A program made the position numbers and the translations under genes. Below, piece by piece: positions 38,380-40,525 of a DNA stretch of 40,525 nt. The notes beneath the pieces are model-generated. The model was not told the DNA's origin. It did not search any database and worked only from the letters and a program-made list of their open reading frames with translations. The DNA is from Bacteroidia bacterium (GTDB taxonomy: Bacteria > Bacteroidota > Bacteroidia > AKYH767-A > OLB10): assembly GCA_032111385.1 (NCBI GenBank), contig JAULUX010000112.1, positions 1 to 40,525 on the forward strand, read 5' to 3'. How positions within the stretch are numbered: position 1 is the stretch's first letter; each line of letters opens with the position of its first letter.

Positions 38380-39476
38380 CAACCAATGCTGACTCCTACC
38401 AACTTCCCGATACCGAATGTGATTGCAGCAGCGGCGAGACCGAAAAGAACCTGACGCATTCCGGAATACCAAACACTCTTACCGGTGAACAATGTGATGG
38501 CTCCACCGATCAGGAACAGTCCGGCCGCGCTTACTGCGGCACTGGAGAGGATGGCTGTAGTACCGGTCAGGAAAAAGAATGGAATAACAGGTAGGATGGC
38601 CCCGATGGCAAACAGTATGAAGGAATAGACCGCAGCCTCCATGGCTGAACCCTTCAGCTCCTCCGGATTTATTCCGAGCTCTTCCCGTACCAGAACCTCG
38701 TGTGCCCTGGTCTTGTCCGTCATGATCTCGGCCGCCATCTGGTGGGCTTTCTCCGGATCAATTCCCTTGGCGATGTAAATCAATGCCAATTCACGCTGCT
38801 CCCCTTCCGGATTGGCCTCCAGCTCTTCCATTTCTACATCCATCTGATTCTCGTACAACTCCTGCGAGCTACGGACGGAGATCCATTCCCCCAGGGACAT
38901 GGACAACGCACCTGCGAGCAGTCCGGCAACTCCCGCCATCAGTACGGTTTCTTCCTGACCGGAGGCACCGGCCACACCCATGACCAGACTGAAATTGGAA
39001 ACCAGGCCGTCGTTACCGCCCAGAACAGCCGCACGCAATGCATTTCCACCCACAGAGCGATGCCTTTTCTCGAATCGGGCTATTGGAATACCCGACAACT
39101 TGGGGTCGCGCTCCAAAATAGTACTCAATACCCGGACATGGTTCGACTCGCCACCTGTCAGGTCGATTCTGTTGGACTTTTTCCCATAGATGACCGCGTT
39201 AGCAAGACTCTTCTCGGTGTCCATCAAAACACCCAAGACATAATCGTATCCTAAAAGTTTTCCTATCCGATCAAGGATACGGGCACGCATTGAAGGTCCC
39301 GGCAAGTCTTGCTCACCCCCGCCATTCTTTTGAACGAAGGCCAAAGCATGTCCATGCTCGATGTCGCCCATCTGGCGAAACACATCAGCAACAACAGGAT
39401 CCTCTTCAACAGAAGCAAGACGGTTGTACAGGAAGCTGGCATCCACCTCCACTTGAATACTTTTCAATTCGATCAT
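38379..39476 (-). CDS. VIT1/CCC1-family iron/manganese transporter with N-terminal ferritin-like (rubrerythrin-like) domain
   Basis: 365 aa. N-terminal four-helix-type domain: EVDASFLYNRLASVEEDPVVADVFRQMGDIEHGHALAF. VIT core: GGNALRAAVLGGNDGLVSNFSLVMGVAGA...LGEWISVRSSQEL, plus C-terminal TM helices. Confidence 0.85.
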   Translation of the reverse strand: MIELKSIQVEVDASFLYNRLASVEEDPVVADVFRQMGDIEHGHALAFVQKNGGGEQDLPGPSMRARILDRIGKLLGYDYVLGVLMDTEKSLANAVIYGKKSNRIDLTGGESNHVRVLSTILERDPKLSGIPIARFEKRHRSVGGNALRAAVLGGNDGLVSNFSLVMGVAGASGQEETVLMAGVAGLLAGALSMSLGEWISVRSSQELYENQMDVEMEELEANPEGEQRELALIYIAKGIDPEKAHQMAAEIMTDKTRAHEVLVREELGINPEELKGSAMEAAVYSFILFAIGAILPVIPFFFLTGTTAILSSAAVSAAGLFLIGGAITLFTGKSVWYSGMRQVLFGLAAAAITFGIGKLVGVSIG

Positions 39477-39481
39477 TCGGG

Positions 39482-40525
39482 TCAGGGCTTGGGACGGACG
39501 GAAACTGCGTATGGGTCCACACTCACTTCAGGCCTAAAATCCGGATCCCGTTCAAGAGTGGAAAGTTTTATGATGTTCATGTATCCGTTTTTACCGGCGC
39601 AGGATGCGGCATGATGAGGAGCGGGACCACCCGTGAAATTTCGATTGGCAATATACACAACATCCTTTTCCTCGTCTATGGCCATTCCGTGCGGCTGCCA
39701 ACCCACTTTGATCCTCTTGATTTCCGATAGTGTGGTCAAATCAATGACGCTGATGGAACCGGTGACATCAGGATAATAATCATCCTCCGTATTGGTTACG
39801 AAAAGGACGTTCCTGGAGGCAGAAATGGCCATTTCTAAAGGAACCTTCCCTACCGGTATCACCTGCAACAGTTGATCGGTAGCCGTACTGAAAACCCGCA
39901 CCTGGTTCACATTGGTATCCTGACAAGTGATGAAGTATTTGCTGTAATCCGGGCTAAAGATCAGCTCATGGGGTTTCATCGGAAACGGCAGTTGCCATGG
40001 ACCGAGCGGATTGATATTCACATCCTCATATCCTGTCGGGTCATTGACCGGGATCTTGAGAATCCGGCTGATCTCCTGACAAGTGACATACAGCGTATCG
40101 TCATTGCTATTCAAGGCAATGCCATGCAGGTTGGGTGAAGAATTGCCGGTGATTGGAAATGGCCCTTTGGTTTGGGATGTTCCGGCTACCAGATCGACAA
40201 AAGCCACGCGGCCATTGTTATAATCAACCGCGTACGCCTTTTTGGAATCCTTTGAAACCACAACTGTGTTCCAACCACCGGATGTACCACCGCCGATCGG
40301 AATTGATTGAACCGGTTTATCTGTACTCGCATCGAAAACCTGTACGATATCGGAGTTAAGGAAAACAACGACCCAGTATTTACCGTCCGGAGTAACTTTC
40401 ACATTGTGTGGCGATTCAGGTGGTGAAGCACCGGGCAACACACCGAGATCAACCATTCGCATCGCCATCCTGCTGTCGGCATCAAACACGGTCGCCACAT
40501 CACATCCCTGGTTGACAACATAAAA
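39482..40525 (-). CDS. YVTN/YncE-type beta-propeller repeat protein (5' end beyond the right window edge)
   Basis: The frame stays open from the track's GTG at 40498 to the window edge (FYVVNQGCDVATVFDADS...). Repeats are of the type PHNVKVTPDGKYWVVVFLNSDIVQVFDASTDKPVQSIPIG, AYAVDYNNGRVAFVDL, LYVTCQEISRILKIPV, YFITCQDTNVNQVRVFS, LFVTNTEDD...GSISVIDLTTLSEIKRIKVG and VYIANRN. Confidence 0.7.
   Translation of the reverse strand, partial: FYVVNQGCDVATVFDADSRMAMRMVDLGVLPGASPPESPHNVKVTPDGKYWVVVFLNSDIVQVFDASTDKPVQSIPIGGGTSGGWNTVVVSKDSKKAYAVDYNNGRVAFVDLVAGTSQTKGPFPITGNSSPNLHGIALNSNDDTLYVTCQEISRILKIPVNDPTGYEDVNINPLGPWQLPFPMKPHELIFSPDYSKYFITCQDTNVNQVRVFSTATDQLLQVIPVGKVPLEMAISASRNVLFVTNTEDDYYPDVTGSISVIDLTTLSEIKRIKVGWQPHGMAIDEEKDVVYIANRNFTGGPAPHHAASCAGKNGYMNIIKLSTLERDPDFRPEVSVDPYAVSVRPKP

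Overview
This is a densely packed, mostly core-chromosome window from a Bacteroidota-type genome. The lineage call rests on a T9SS C-terminal sorting domain, a TonB-dependent receptor, DUF5074/YncE-like lipoproteins, and TAnnTTTG -7 boxes in front of many first genes. I call 35 protein-coding genes. Housekeeping genes include serS (partial at the left edge; absent from the ORF track because its stop lies outside the window), a purine nucleoside phosphorylase, trmB, pyrF, prfA, purM, gyrB, mdh, an acyl-CoA dehydrogenase, and M16 and M20 peptidases. Envelope genes include a TonB-dependent receptor, a TPR/TolB-like/OmpA protein, a 1025-aa TPR protein with a downstream putative beta-barrel, an MscS channel and a T9SS cargo protein. 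Several small conserved modules have unknown function: LemA-TPM-TPM, TM2-DUF2752, and YVTN propeller / ferritin-like VIT1 / DCC. There is one clear cis-regulatory RNA, a cobalamin riboswitch (~10186-10376), which controls only a stand-alone beta-propeller surface lipoprotein. One non-coding oddity is a near-perfect 2 x 102-bp tandem repeat (23068-23271). It sits next to a visibly AT-richer segment that carries the T9SS cargo gene. I found no rRNA, canonical tRNA, CRISPR array, transposase, integrase, reverse transcriptase or recognisable defence-system gene. I do not see a convincing novel multi-gene system. The best follow-up candidates are the riboswitch-lipoprotein unit, the tandem repeat with the AT-rich island, the HD-cNMP-histidine kinase fusion, and the propeller-VIT1-DCC operon. 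All family assignments come from reading motifs in the translations; no database search was run.
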